NCBI GenBank assembly: GCA_016871175.1
Contig: VFZL01000001.1
Span: forward strand, 64,218 to 128,217
Direction of reading: 5' to 3'
Length of the DNA: 64,000 nucleotides
Source: Acidimicrobiia bacterium
Lineage (GTDB): Bacteria; Acidobacteriota; Vicinamibacteria; Vicinamibacterales; CAVVIG01
The notes below the pieces were generated by a model. That model ran no database searches, had not been told where the DNA came from, and saw only the letters and a list, made by a program, of their open reading frames with translations. Of this stretch, positions 1 to 10,098 are shown one piece after another; position 1 is the stretch's first letter; the number at the start of each line of letters is the position of its first letter. The translations under genes and the position numbers were made by a program.

Positions 1-1
1 G

Positions 2-112
2 AAATCGATGGTGCGCGAGATTACATTGGGCGAGCTTCCTCAGGCATTCGAGACCCTCCTCACGGGTCAGGCCCGGGGGCGGTACGTTGTGAGGCTTGCA
101 TCGGCGTCGTGA
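2..112 (+). CDS. C-terminal fragment of an MDR-superfamily oxidoreductase (YhdH/AcuI/quinone-oxidoreductase-like); 5' end lies outside the window
   Basis: Frame 2 reads ...MVREITLGELPQAFETLLTGQARGRYVVRLASAS followed by TGA at 110-112. It is absent from the ORF track because no start lies in the window. The family call rests only on this short C-terminal pattern. Confidence 0.35.
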   Translation, partial: KSMVREITLGELPQAFETLLTGQARGRYVVRLASAS

Positions 113-149
113 GGCGACAGTAGCAAACGCGCTCTTGGCTGGAGGGCCT

Positions 150-1460
150 ATGCCATCATCATCGCGTCGAATCGGCCTGTTCGTGATGCCGATTCTGATC
201 CTCGCCGGCATCGTGGTGTTCGCGGGTGGCGAATCGCTCCGCGCGAAGGCGGCGGCTGACGTTCCGCGTGATTTGGCGGCGGCGACGCCGGAGTCCGTGG
301 GCTTCTCTCCGGAACGCTTGAAGCGTCTCGATGGGATGATGACGCGGATCGTGGAGGAGAAACGTCTCGCTGGGGTCGTCACCCTGCTGACACGCCACGG
401 CAAGATGGTCCACGTCTCGGCGCACGGCAGGCCGGACGCGAGCCAGTCAGCCTCGATGCGGAGAGACGCGATCTTCCGTATCGCCTCGATGACCAAGCCG
501 GTTACCGGCGTCGCCATGATGATGTTGTACGAGGAAGGAAAGTGGCGGTTGAACGATCCCGTGGCACGCCATATCCCGCAGTTCGCCAAGCTTCAGGTAC
601 ACGTTGGCGAGAACGCGGACGGCACGCCGAAGCTCGAGGACGCGCGCAGTCCGATGACCATGCGCGAGCTGATGACGCACACCGCGGGACTGGGCTACAT
701 CATCAACAACAGCAATCCGGTGGATAAGCTCTATCGCCAGCGCGGGGTGCTCGACGCCAGCAAGCCCTTGCAGGCGATGATCGACGGCCTGGGCACGATG
801 CCCCTGCTGGTGCACCCAGGGTCACGGTGGTACTACAGCATCTCGGTCGACGTGCAGGGTTACCTCGTCGAGAAACTGTCGGGCCAGCCGTTCGCCGACT
901 TTCTCCAGTCCCGCATCTTCGCTCCGCTCGGCATGAGGGACACCGGCTTCTACGTACCTCCGAACAACGTGGGGCGCCTCGCCCGCGTGCATGGTGAATC
1001 ACCGGCCGGTCTGGCGCCGGCACCGGTCCGGTCCGACGCCACCGTCAAGCCGGCCGGGCCCTCCGGTGGTGGCGGCCTCTTCTCGACGGCCGATGACTAC
1101 GCGCGGTTCACACAGATGCTGCTGAACGAAGGCGAATTCAATGGCGCGCGGCTGCTCGCGCCCCGCACCGTGGAGATGATGCGCACGAACCATGTGTTGC
1201 CGGAGGCGCTGAAGACGATGCCGCCAGGGACCGGCTGGGGGATGGACTTTCAGGTCGTGACCGACGCTGCGGCCGCAGGTGAAGCGACGCCAACCGGCAC
1301 CTACTCATGGTTTGGTATTTTCGGTACGTGGTTCTGGATCGATCCCGTGAACGATCTCTCGTTCATCGGCATGATTCAGCACCAGGGTCCCGCCGCTGCC
1401 GAGGTGAGGAACCTCTCGAGGAATCTGGTGTACCAGGCGTTGCTGAATCCGGAAAAGTGA
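150..1460 (+). CDS. Serine hydrolase, class C beta-lactamase/esterase family, with N-terminal signal/anchor
   Basis: ORF 96..1460. The ATG at 150 is preceded by GGAGGG (141-146) and avoids overlap with the upstream gene end. N-terminus MPSSSRRIGLFVMPILILAGIVVFAGG is signal/anchor-like. S-x-x-K nucleophile motif is SMTK (FRIASMTKPVTG). Confidence 0.8.
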   Translation: MPSSSRRIGLFVMPILILAGIVVFAGGESLRAKAAADVPRDLAAATPESVGFSPERLKRLDGMMTRIVEEKRLAGVVTLLTRHGKMVHVSAHGRPDASQSASMRRDAIFRIASMTKPVTGVAMMMLYEEGKWRLNDPVARHIPQFAKLQVHVGENADGTPKLEDARSPMTMRELMTHTAGLGYIINNSNPVDKLYRQRGVLDASKPLQAMIDGLGTMPLLVHPGSRWYYSISVDVQGYLVEKLSGQPFADFLQSRIFAPLGMRDTGFYVPPNNVGRLARVHGESPAGLAPAPVRSDATVKPAGPSGGGGLFSTADDYARFTQMLLNEGEFNGARLLAPRTVEMMRTNHVLPEALKTMPPGTGWGMDFQVVTDAAAAGEATPTGTYSWFGIFGTWFWIDPVNDLSFIGMIQHQGPAAAEVRNLSRNLVYQALLNPEK

Positions 1461-1463
1461 CGG

Positions 1464-1520
1464 CGTTGAATTCAACGGGTTTCGAGGGTTCAAGGGTGCG
1501 GGGGAACCTAAGAACCCTCG
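1464..1520. terminator. Hairpin-forming inverted repeats between convergent genes (possible bidirectional terminator)
   Basis: Perfect 14-bp palindrome CGTTGAATTCAACG at 1464-1477. A 9-bp inverted repeat CGAGGGTTC (1483-1491) / GAACCCTCG (1512-1520) follows. No clear U-tract. Confidence 0.3.
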
Positions 1521-1536
1521 ACACATAGCCTCACGC

Positions 1537-3021
1537 TCACCGCTCTTGTATCAGTCGCCTGATTGCGTCGTGGACGAGCGGCCCGGTGTCGGGCCCGAGT
1601 GACACTTGCTCACCGTAATGACGCGTGCTGGCGCCGTAGAGCCACGGCGATTGGTCATCCCATTCCGACTTTGGAATGATGTAGCCGATCGCGTCGTTCG
1701 CGAGTCCGAAGAGGAACTTGAAGCGGCCCGGCATCAGCTCGCGCAGCGGCGGGATCTCGATGGCGTCGATAGGGAAGTCGGCGCCCGGCGGTCGGACGAT
1801 ACCGCCGTTGGCGATCTCCGGATAGATCTCGCCAGGCACGGTCGCGATGCTGGCGCTGCCCAGAGTGATGAAGGCCACTTCGCTGCGGATCCGATTCAAG
1901 CGTGGTTGACCGCGATCGATCACCCCTGCTGCCAGCGCGAGCCTGAACAGCGTGTTGTCGACGGGGAGCTCGATGGTCTGCGCGGCGACCGAAAGGCGCG
2001 GATTGAGCTCCGGCATCGACGGACGCTCCGCCACGGTCGACAGGATGGAGCGCCCCAGGATGCGACCAACAGCACGCGCCTTTTCGTGTGAGGGCGCCGA
2101 GTAGGCCCTGCCGGAGTAGGGATCGGTCACGGTCGTCTCGGGGCTCGTCGTCATCAGGCCGCCGATCGCGCCGTTCACGTAGAGGTGGATGCCACCCAGA
2201 CCTCGGACGGTCGGACCTCCGCCGTCCCCGACCGATTCGTTCGCGCCGTGCTCGAGCCCGTCGCGCAGATAGCCGGGGAAGTCGGCCGTGATCTCGGTGT
2301 TCACTGACCACAGCGTCTCCGGGTGGTTCGCCCAGTTCACCAAGCTGCCACGTGTCGACCCGTCGAGCGCGCTCGTCACGTGCAGCATCCGCAGCGTGCT
2401 ATCGAAGACCTGTGGATCACGGCTGTCGGTCACCAGTCCGGCAGTCTCGATTGGGATCTCGTAGAGAGATACCCGCGCCGGCGCGAGGCGGTTCGCGCCC
2501 GTGGCAACCGCTATCGCCGCTCGGTCTACCACGAAGGCTCGATACTGATCGTCGACGCCGCTGAAGCCGGTGCGCGGACCCCAGAGGCCCATGAGATCGG
2601 GCGTCGAATGATTGTGGGTCGTGGTGACGATTAGATAGTCGAGACGGGTCCGCGCCTCGACTCGCCGGCGGATGGCGATCACGTCATCGTGGAAGAGGCC
2701 GATGCTGTCGAGCGCGACGACTCCGAGCCGATGGTGTCCGTCGTCGATGACCATGGCGACGGCCCACAGGTCGTCGTGAACGGCGGTCGCGCGACGACCC
2801 GTGGCGAAGCCCGCCAGCCAGACCGCGCGCGCGAGCTCGGGCGTGATCTTCTCACGGCCGAACCCTACGTCGAGGTGTGGCGCTCTGGCGTCCGCCGTGT
2901 TCGGCAGGCGAAGATCAAGGGCATAGCCTGGATGGCGATCGCGCGTGTGATACAGGGCCCACGCGCCGGCGGCGGTGCCGAGCGCCACGAGCAACGACGC
3001 GAGGCGTCCGAAGGTCTTCAC
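1537..3021 (-). CDS. Neutral/alkaline ceramidase-like hydrolase, N-terminal membrane anchor
   Basis: 494-aa ORF. TM-like N-terminus LASLLVALGTAAGAWALY. GREKITPE...WLAGF...AVHDDLWAVAMVIDDG...VALD...IVTTTHNHSTPD matches the layout of the ceramidase N-terminal catalytic domain (THTHSGP-type motif). Confidence 0.55.
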   Translation of the reverse strand: MKTFGRLASLLVALGTAAGAWALYHTRDRHPGYALDLRLPNTADARAPHLDVGFGREKITPELARAVWLAGFATGRRATAVHDDLWAVAMVIDDGHHRLGVVALDSIGLFHDDVIAIRRRVEARTRLDYLIVTTTHNHSTPDLMGLWGPRTGFSGVDDQYRAFVVDRAAIAVATGANRLAPARVSLYEIPIETAGLVTDSRDPQVFDSTLRMLHVTSALDGSTRGSLVNWANHPETLWSVNTEITADFPGYLRDGLEHGANESVGDGGGPTVRGLGGIHLYVNGAIGGLMTTSPETTVTDPYSGRAYSAPSHEKARAVGRILGRSILSTVAERPSMPELNPRLSVAAQTIELPVDNTLFRLALAAGVIDRGQPRLNRIRSEVAFITLGSASIATVPGEIYPEIANGGIVRPPGADFPIDAIEIPPLRELMPGRFKFLFGLANDAIGYIIPKSEWDDQSPWLYGASTRHYGEQVSLGPDTGPLVHDAIRRLIQER

Positions 3022-3041
3022 TCGTCAACAGCGTGTTGGCT

Positions 3042-4016
3042 TCACTGGGCTATTCGAATGAGCAGCTTGCCCGAAGTGGAGCGGCTTTCGAGGGCTCGAT
3101 GCGCGTCGGCGACCTGCGCTAGGGGATAGGTCTGGTCGATGCGGAGCCGGATCGTGCCCTTGGCGACGCCGCCCAGGACGTCGCCGGCCCGCCACGCAAG
3201 CTCGTCTCGCGTCAACACGTGGTGCGCGAGGCTCGGCCGTGTCAGATAGAGCGAGCCTTTGCCGTTCAGGATGTTCGGATCGAAGGGCGGCACCGCGCCG
3301 CTCGACTGACCGAACAGCACCATCATGCCGCGGGGGCGGAGGCAGTTCAGGCTCTTGTCGAAGGTGGTCTTGCCGACCGAGTCGTACACGACGTCCACGC
3401 CGCGCCCGTTGGTGAGCCGTTTCACTTCCAGTTCGAAGTCCTGCTCCGTGTAACGGATGGTTTCGTCGGCCCCATTTTCGTGAGCGAGCTGGGCCTTGGC
3501 CGCCGTTGAAACAGTGCCGATGACGCGTGCGCCCAGCGCCTTGGCCATCTGCACGATGAGCAGCCCCGCGCCACCTGCGGCCGCATGCACGAGGCACGTC
3601 TCGCCAGACTTGAGCGGGTAGGTGGACCGAACGAGGTAGTGCGCCGTCATGCCTTGCAGGATCGCCGCCGCGGCCTGCTCGAACGAGATCGCGTCGGGCA
3701 GCTTGACGAGCTGCGCGGCCGGAACGACGGCGTACTCCGCATACGACCCGCGCGTCATCGCATACGCGACTCGGTCCCCTTTCGCCACGTCGGTGACGCC
3801 GGAGCCGATGGCTTCCACGATACCAGCGCCTTCATTGCCCAGAGCCGTCGGCTGCTCGGCCTTGTAGGCGCCCGTGCGGAAGTACACGTCGATGTAGTTG
3901 ACGCCCGCCGTCTGCAACTTGACGAGCACTTGCCCGTCACCGGGCTCGGGCCGGGGCACGTCGACCAGCGCCAGGGATTCTGGGCCGCCGTGCTGATGAA
4001 CTCTGATGGCGCGCAT
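3042..4016 (-). CDS. qor: NADPH:quinone oxidoreductase (zinc-independent MDR family)
   Basis: ORF 3042..4115. The internal ATG at 4016 gives MRAIRVHQHGGPESL..., a typical Qor N-terminus and a 324-aa length. Nucleotide-binding stretch is VHAAAGGAGLLIVQMAKALGARVIG. Confidence 0.8.
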   Translation of the reverse strand: MRAIRVHQHGGPESLALVDVPRPEPGDGQVLVKLQTAGVNYIDVYFRTGAYKAEQPTALGNEGAGIVEAIGSGVTDVAKGDRVAYAMTRGSYAEYAVVPAAQLVKLPDAISFEQAAAAILQGMTAHYLVRSTYPLKSGETCLVHAAAGGAGLLIVQMAKALGARVIGTVSTAAKAQLAHENGADETIRYTEQDFELEVKRLTNGRGVDVVYDSVGKTTFDKSLNCLRPRGMMVLFGQSSGAVPPFDPNILNGKGSLYLTRPSLAHHVLTRDELAWRAGDVLGGVAKGTIRLRIDQTYPLAQVADAHRALESRSTSGKLLIRIAQ

Positions 4017-4216
4017 GCAGATCTCCGAAGGTCTGTGGACTCCTGATCCTATCCGATGACGGGTCGGCCTGCGGGCCGATGCGTCGCGGCCCCCCGGCTC
4101 AAGGTCCCCCCGCACGGTTGAGAGGCGAAAGCGGTAGGCCTGGGCGGAGCCTCACATAGTGACGAGGACGCGTGCGTTGTGTATGCTCAGCGCGACCCGG
4201 AGTCGGAGGTGACCCC

Positions 4217-4687
4217 GTGACCGTTCGCATCAGCATCACTGTCAATGGCCGTCGGTTCGACCGCGACGTCGAACCACGGCAGCTTCTCGTACACTTCATC
4301 CGCGATCTCGGGGGCTTCACCGGGACGAAGATCGGCTGCGACACGAGCCAGTGCGGATCCTGCACGGTGCTCCTCGATGGAGTCGCCATGAAGTCGTGCA
4401 CCTGCCTGGCCGTGCAGGCAGATGGCTCTGAGGTGATCACGATCGAAGGGCTTGCGAAGGAGGGCCAGCTGCACCCGTTGCAGGAGGCGTTCTGGAACAA
4501 GCACGGGCTCCAGTGTGGGTTCTGCACGCCAGGAATGATCATGGCGTCGCACGAGCTGCTCCGCACGAATCCGAAACCGACCGATGACGCGATCCGCCAC
4601 GGACTCGCCGGCAACCTGTGCCGCTGTACGGGTTATCAGAACATCGTGCGCGCTGTCCGCGAAGCTGCGACGGCGATGGCGAAGTAG
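4217..4687 (+). CDS. coxS: [2Fe-2S]-binding small subunit of a CODH/xanthine-dehydrogenase-family molybdoenzyme (CoxS-like)
   Basis: GTG at 4217 lies 7 nt after GGAGG (4205-4209). Cys motifs: [24 protein letters not shown]. Stop is TAG at 4685-4687, followed by AGGAGG and the coxL ATG. Confidence 0.9.
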   Translation: MTVRISITVNGRRFDRDVEPRQLLVHFIRDLGGFTGTKIGCDTSQCGSCTVLLDGVAMKSCTCLAVQADGSEVITIEGLAKEGQLHPLQEAFWNKHGLQCGFCTPGMIMASHELLRTNPKPTDDAIRHGLAGNLCRCTGYQNIVRAVREAATAMAK

Positions 4688-4697
4688 GAGGCTGGCC

Positions 4698-7052
4698 ATG
4701 AGCTCGAGAATCTTTGGATCCGGCATCCGTCGACGCGAAGACCCGCGCCTCATCACCGGCGCCGCGACCTACACCGATGACCTGACCATGCCGGGCATGC
4801 TGCATGCCGTGATGCTGCGCAGCCCGCATGCCTACGCAAAGATCACGCGAATCGACACGAGCCGTGCGAGGCAGGCGCCCGGCGTCATCGCCTCGTACAC
4901 GGGCGCCGACGTCAACCTCAACGCGATGCCGTGCGCCTGGCTGCCACCGAACTCCTCGCTGAAGATTGCCAAGTATCCGACCGTGGCGGTCGACACTGTC
5001 CGTTACGTTGGCGACATCGTCGCCGTGGTCGTTGCCGAGACTCCCGAGCAGGGCTACGACGCGCTCGAGCTGATCGACGTCGAGTACCGTCCCTTGAACG
5101 CAAGTCTCGACCCGCAGAAGTCGTGCGCGCCTGGTGCGCCACAGCTGCACGAGGACGTCCCGAGCAACCTCGCGTTCCAGTGGACGGTCTCTGGCGGGGA
5201 CGTCGACGCGGCCTTCAAGAACGCCGACGTCGTGGTCAAGGAGCGGATTGTCCAGCAGCGGCTCATTCCGAACGCGATGGAGCCGCGCGCCGCGCTCGCG
5301 AAGTGGGCGGGGGCGTCGGGCGAGCTGACGCTCTGGAACACGACGCAGAATCCGCACATCCTGCGGTACCTCACGTCAGTCGTGACTGGGATCGCGGAGG
5401 ACAAGTTGCGGGTCATTGCGCCCGAAGTCGGCGGCGGGTTCGGGTGCAAGATCCCGGCCTATCCTGGCGAGTTCCTCGCGATCTTCGCATCGCGCAAATT
5501 GAATCGCCCGGTGAAGTGGACCGAGACGCGCAGCGAAAACTATCAGGCGACGACGCACGGCCGCGACCACGTGCAGGAGGTTGAGCTCGCCGCCACGAAG
5601 GACGGGACGATCCTCGGCATCCGTGCCAGGTCGTGGTCGGCGATGGGCGCGTACCTCTCTACCGCCGCACCGGGCATCCCGACGATCCTGCACGGGTTGA
5701 TGCTTTCGGGCGTGTACAACGTGCCGGCGATCAAGGAGGACGTGTACGGCGTGTATACGAACGCCACACCGGTCGAGGCCTATCGAGGCGCGGGTCGTCC
5801 TGAGGCGACCTTCATCATCGAGCGAATGGTCGACAAGCTGGCGGCCGAGCTGACGATGGATCCAGTCGCCGTTCGGCAGAAGAACCTCATCCCGAAGTTC
5901 GAGAACGGCCACAGCGTTGCGACCGGTCTCACCTACGACAGCGGCGACTACCCGGGCATCCTCAAGAAGCTGCTCGACCACGTCAATTACGAGGCGCTCC
6001 GGAAGGAGCAGGCGGCTGCGCGCACGGCGGGCAAGATCATGGGCATCGGCGTTGGCACATACGTCGAGATCTGCGGTCTGGGGCCGTCGCAGGTGGCGTC
6101 CGCGGTCGGTTTCCAGGGTGGACTCTGGGAGAGCGCCATCGTCCGCGTTCACCCGACCGGCAAGGTCAATGTGTTCATCGGCGCCTCTCCGCACGGTCAA
6201 GGCGAAGAGACGACGTTCGCGCAGCTGGTGGCCGCTGAAATCGGTGTCGCTGTGGACGACGTGAAAGTGGTGCACGGCGATACCGAGACGACGCCGATGG
6301 GGTGGGGCACGTACGGCAGCCGCACGACGGCCGTCGGCGGTGCGGCATTGGTGCTCGCCACGCGGAAGGTGAAGGAGAAAGCGAAGCTCCTTGCAGCCCA
6401 TCTCCTCGAGGCAGCGGTCGAAGACATGGACTACGACGACGGGAAGTTCTTCGTGAAGGGTTCGCCAGACAAGGCGAAGACGATTCAGGACATCGCGCTG
6501 ATGGCGAACCTGTCCTGGAACATGCCGCCCGGCATGGAGGGTGGCCTCGAAGCGTCGATGTTCTACGACCCGCCGAACTTCACGTACCCCTTTGGTGCCC
6601 ACCTCGCTGTTGTCGAAATCGACGGGGACACGGGTGACGTGACGCTCAAGCGCTACGTCGCGATCGATGACTGCGGGCCGCAGATCAACCCCATCATCGT
6701 CGAAGGACAAGTTCATGGTGGCGTCGTGCAGGGCATCGGGCAGGCGCTCTGGGAGGAAGCCGTGTACGACGCGAACGGTCAGCTCGTGACCGGCTCGATG
6801 CTCGACTACGCGCTGCCGCGCGCGGATCGCCTGCCCAATATCGAAGTGCTGAGCACCGTGACACCGTCGCCTCATCATCCGCTGGGATTGAAAGGCATTG
6901 GCGAGGCCGGAACAATCGCCTCGACCGCCACCGTCTACAACGCGGTCATGGATGCGCTCGCGCCGATGGGCGTCAAGACGTTACGGATGCCGTTCACGCC
7001 GGAGCGTGTGTGGCGAGCGATCCACGCGGGCGGCAAGTCGGGCGGAAACTGA
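4698..7052 (+). CDS. coxL: Molybdopterin-binding large subunit, form-II CoxL-like (aerobic CODH/xanthine dehydrogenase family)
   Basis: ATG at 4698 after AGGAGG (4686-4691); 784 aa. N-terminus GSGIRRREDPRLITG. Active-site loop reads VEAYRGAGRPEATF, the form-II AYRGAGR type rather than form-I AYxCSFR. Confidence 0.9.
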   Translation: MSSRIFGSGIRRREDPRLITGAATYTDDLTMPGMLHAVMLRSPHAYAKITRIDTSRARQAPGVIASYTGADVNLNAMPCAWLPPNSSLKIAKYPTVAVDTVRYVGDIVAVVVAETPEQGYDALELIDVEYRPLNASLDPQKSCAPGAPQLHEDVPSNLAFQWTVSGGDVDAAFKNADVVVKERIVQQRLIPNAMEPRAALAKWAGASGELTLWNTTQNPHILRYLTSVVTGIAEDKLRVIAPEVGGGFGCKIPAYPGEFLAIFASRKLNRPVKWTETRSENYQATTHGRDHVQEVELAATKDGTILGIRARSWSAMGAYLSTAAPGIPTILHGLMLSGVYNVPAIKEDVYGVYTNATPVEAYRGAGRPEATFIIERMVDKLAAELTMDPVAVRQKNLIPKFENGHSVATGLTYDSGDYPGILKKLLDHVNYEALRKEQAAARTAGKIMGIGVGTYVEICGLGPSQVASAVGFQGGLWESAIVRVHPTGKVNVFIGASPHGQGEETTFAQLVAAEIGVAVDDVKVVHGDTETTPMGWGTYGSRTTAVGGAALVLATRKVKEKAKLLAAHLLEAAVEDMDYDDGKFFVKGSPDKAKTIQDIALMANLSWNMPPGMEGGLEASMFYDPPNFTYPFGAHLAVVEIDGDTGDVTLKRYVAIDDCGPQINPIIVEGQVHGGVVQGIGQALWEEAVYDANGQLVTGSMLDYALPRADRLPNIEVLSTVTPSPHHPLGLKGIGEAGTIASTATVYNAVMDALAPMGVKTLRMPFTPERVWRAIHAGGKSGGN

Positions 7053-7064
7053 AGGGGGCGGATC

Positions 7065-7931
7065 ATGTACGCGTCGAACTTCAACTATCTTCGGGCGGGT
7101 ACGCTGGCTGAAGCGTCCGCGCTCCTTCAGAAGAACCCCGGTGCGAAGGTCCTGGCCGGCGGCCACAGCCTGATTCCGTTGATGAAGCTGCGGCTCGCGT
7201 CTCCCACCGTCGTGATCGACATCGGACGCGTGCCGGAGCTGCGAGGGATTTCGCTGTCTGGTGGCGCCCTCACGATCGGCGCGCTGACGACACATGCCGA
7301 GCTGGCGGCGTCTGCGGCGGTCCAGGACGCCGCGCAGGCGTTGTCCGAGGCGGCTGGCCACGTAGGCGACCCGGCAGTTCGCAATCGCGGGACAATCGGC
7401 GGCAACGTCGCACACGCGGATCCCGCATCCGATCTCCCGGCGGTGCTGACGGCGCTCGGGGCGACGTTCCACATCACGGGACCGGGCGGGCGTCGCAGCG
7501 TTCAAGCGTCTGATTTCTTCAAAGGCATGATGAACACCGCCGTTGGCGAACACGACATCCTCACGACCATTGAGGTGCCGGCGAGGGCTGCTGGGCAGGG
7601 GAGTGCCTACGCGAAGTTCGAGCACCCGGCGTCACGGTACGCCGTCGTCGGCGTCGCGGCGTGCGTCATCGTCAACGGCGGCACCTGCGTCGCGGCGTCG
7701 ATCGTGCTCTGCGGGTTGACGTCGACGCCCGCGCGAGCCAAGTCCGGCGAGCAGGCGCTCGTGGGTCAGGCGCTGACCAGAGAAACGATAGCCGCGGCTG
7801 CCGGCAAAGTCGGGACGGACCTTGGCAGCGACGTGTTGGGCGACATCTTCGCCTCCGCCGAGTACCGTGCGGCGGTCGCGCCTGTCTACGTCAGACGCGC
7901 TGTCGAAGCCGCCGCGTCGCGCGCCCGTTGA
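7065..7931 (+). CDS. coxM: FAD-binding medium subunit (CoxM-like)
   Basis: 288-aa ORF directly after coxL. AGGHSLIPLMKLR and GTIGGNVAHADPASD are typical of the FAD_binding_5/CO_deh_flav_C subunit. Confidence 0.9.
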   Translation: MYASNFNYLRAGTLAEASALLQKNPGAKVLAGGHSLIPLMKLRLASPTVVIDIGRVPELRGISLSGGALTIGALTTHAELAASAAVQDAAQALSEAAGHVGDPAVRNRGTIGGNVAHADPASDLPAVLTALGATFHITGPGGRRSVQASDFFKGMMNTAVGEHDILTTIEVPARAAGQGSAYAKFEHPASRYAVVGVAACVIVNGGTCVAASIVLCGLTSTPARAKSGEQALVGQALTRETIAAAAGKVGTDLGSDVLGDIFASAEYRAAVAPVYVRRAVEAAASRAR

Positions 7932-8854
7932 AGCTGGCCTCCGACGTGCTGCCAGCAGATGTCGCGTCTATCGACGCGCTGATCGCGAGCCTCGAGCGAC
8001 ACCAGTACATCGCCGATCGCGGGTTGGCGACGGCGATGTACCTATCGCTGAAGCTGCAGCGCCCGCTGTTGCTGGAAGGCGAGGCCGGAGTCGGCAAGAC
8101 CGAGGTCGCGAAAGTACTCGCCTCGGCATTCGGGACCCCACTAATCCGACTGCAGTGTTACGAGGGGCTCGATATCAGCCACGCCGTGTACGAATGGAAC
8201 TACTCGAGGCAGCTGCTCGAGATCCGCTTGCGGGAGGCGGCCGGCAAGGTCGATCGTGAGGTGACGGCTCGAGACCTGTTCAGCGACGGGTTTCTCATCA
8301 AACGGCCGATCCTCCAGGCGCTGACGCAGGCGGGACCCATGCCACCCGTGTTGCTCATCGACGAGCTCGATCGCGCCGACCAGGAGTTCGAGGGTTTCCT
8401 GCTCGAGATGTTGGCGGACTACCAAGTGACGATTCCCGAGCTCGGGACGGTCAAAGCCGAGCACCCTCCGGTGGTGATCATTACGTCGAATCGGACGCGG
8501 GAGCTGCACGACGCGCTGAAACGACGATGCCTCTACTGCTGGATCGACTATCCGAGCTACGACAAAGAGCTGCGGATTGTGATGACGAAGGTGCCGGAGA
8601 CGTCGGCCAGGTTGGCTGCTCAGGTCACGCGGTTCGTCCAGGAACTGCGGCACGTCGATCTCTACAAGTCGGCTGGAGTATCCGAGACGTTGGACTGGGT
8701 GGCCGCGTTGGTCGCCCTGGACAAGGTCGAGCTCGACGCCGAGACGGTCGATCGGACGCTCGGGGTGCTCTTGAAGAATCAGGAGGATATCGCCGCGGTC
8801 CGGGGGGATCGCGCGGCCGATATCCTCGCCCGCGCGCAGGTGCTCCGCGTGTGA
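7928..8854 (+). CDS. coxD: MoxR-type AAA+ ATPase (CoxD-like maturation factor)
   Basis: TTG at 7928 overlaps the coxM stop (TTGA); an alternative GTG lies at 7946. Walker A GEAGVGKTE, Walker B VLLIDELDRAD. The upstream part of track ORF 7661.. is out-of-frame overlap of coxM. Confidence 0.8.
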   Translation: MKLASDVLPADVASIDALIASLERHQYIADRGLATAMYLSLKLQRPLLLEGEAGVGKTEVAKVLASAFGTPLIRLQCYEGLDISHAVYEWNYSRQLLEIRLREAAGKVDREVTARDLFSDGFLIKRPILQALTQAGPMPPVLLIDELDRADQEFEGFLLEMLADYQVTIPELGTVKAEHPPVVIITSNRTRELHDALKRRCLYCWIDYPSYDKELRIVMTKVPETSARLAAQVTRFVQELRHVDLYKSAGVSETLDWVAALVALDKVELDAETVDRTLGVLLKNQEDIAAVRGDRAADILARAQVLRV

Positions 8855-10098
8855 CGGCGCTGGTCGGCAACCTGCTGCGTTTCACGCAGCTCCTGCGCCG
8901 GGTCGGACTCGACGTCCCAGCCGGCGCGACGATGCAGGTGGCGACGGCGCTCGGGCACGTCGACATCGGCCGCCAGTCGGACGTGTACTTCACGCTCCGC
9001 GCGCTCCTGGTCCGTCGGCACACCGACCTGCCGATCTTCGACGAAGCCTTTCGAATGTTCTGGCGACCTCCGGCGAACCCGACGTCGACGACTGATCTGC
9101 GTTCGATGGGCGAGCGGCGTCGCGTGGGCCCTCCCGAGCGTGAAGTGCCCGAGCCGAGCGCGGCGAGAGGCGTCCAGATGAGTGAACGCGCCGAGTCGGT
9201 CGCGCGCGTGATGCCGATGAGCTACAGCAGCCGCGAGGCGCTGCGAACGAAAGACTTCGCGGTTTTCACCGAGGACGAGATCCGAGAGGCACGGGTCATG
9301 CTCGATCAACTCGAGTGGGCGCCGGACCTTCGTCGCACCCGCCGGTGGGTGGCGGGTCCGGCCGGTGTTCCCGACTGGCGGCTCCTTCTGGCGCACAACG
9401 TCCGGTTCGGTGGCGAGCTCGTGGTCCTCCCAACGCGCGACCGACGCTGGCGCCAGCGATCACTGATCGTGTTGTGCGACGTCAGCGGATCAATGGAGCG
9501 CTACTCGCGCATGCTCCTGCACTTCGTCCACGGGCTCACCGGTCATCTCGCTCGGGTCGAAGCATTCCTGTTCGCCACCCGACTCACGCGGATTACGCGC
9601 GAGATGCGACAGCGAGGCGCCGACGAAGCGGTCGCGCAGGTGGTCCGCGGTCTGACGGATTGGGGCGGTGGTACGCGGATCGGCGAGGCACTGCGGACGT
9701 TCAACGTCGAGTGGGCGCGTCGGGTGACTGGCCGCGCGCCGGTCGTGTTGTTGATCTCCGATGGATGGGACCGCGGGGAGCCGGAGGCGCTGATCCATGA
9801 GATCGTGCGGCTCTCGAGGGCGGCCCATCGACTCATGTGGCTGAATCCGCTGCTCGGTTCCCCCGACTATCAGCCGCTGACGCGCGGGATGCAGGCGGCG
9901 TTGCCGTATGTAGACGACTTCCTGCCGGTTCACAACCTCGCGAGCCTTGAGCGTCTAGCGGCTACGTTGAACGCGCTTCCGCCTTCTCGCGGAGGGCTGC
10001 GACGAAGCGGTCCAGCATCATCTGTGAGACCGAGCCCAGGAGACGCTGGCCGACGCGCGCGATCAGCCCACCGACCTGACCCTCGCCCTGCACCGTGA
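8851..10098 (+). CDS. coxE: VWA-domain protein (CoxE-like)
   Basis: GTG at 8851 overlaps the coxD stop (GTGA). MIDAS motif LIVLCDVSGSM, then LLISDGWDRG. The last ~45 codons are Arg/Pro-rich and overlap convergent coxG. Confidence 0.75.
   Translation: MTALVGNLLRFTQLLRRVGLDVPAGATMQVATALGHVDIGRQSDVYFTLRALLVRRHTDLPIFDEAFRMFWRPPANPTSTTDLRSMGERRRVGPPEREVPEPSAARGVQMSERAESVARVMPMSYSSREALRTKDFAVFTEDEIREARVMLDQLEWAPDLRRTRRWVAGPAGVPDWRLLLAHNVRFGGELVVLPTRDRRWRQRSLIVLCDVSGSMERYSRMLLHFVHGLTGHLARVEAFLFATRLTRITREMRQRGADEAVAQVVRGLTDWGGGTRIGEALRTFNVEWARRVTGRAPVVLLISDGWDRGEPEALIHEIVRLSRAAHRLMWLNPLLGSPDYQPLTRGMQAALPYVDDFLPVHNLASLERLAATLNALPPSRGGLRRSGPASSVRPSPGDAGRRARSAHRPDPRPAP

Noticed and set aside
96-149. 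ATG at 96 as the start of the serine hydrolase
   Set aside because: It overlaps the upstream gene's 3' end. The ATG at 150 has a GGAGGG RBS and yields a clean signal/anchor.
5376-6878. 500-aa minus-strand ORF
   Set aside because: It is antisense to coxL, which has unambiguous family motifs, and has junk composition.
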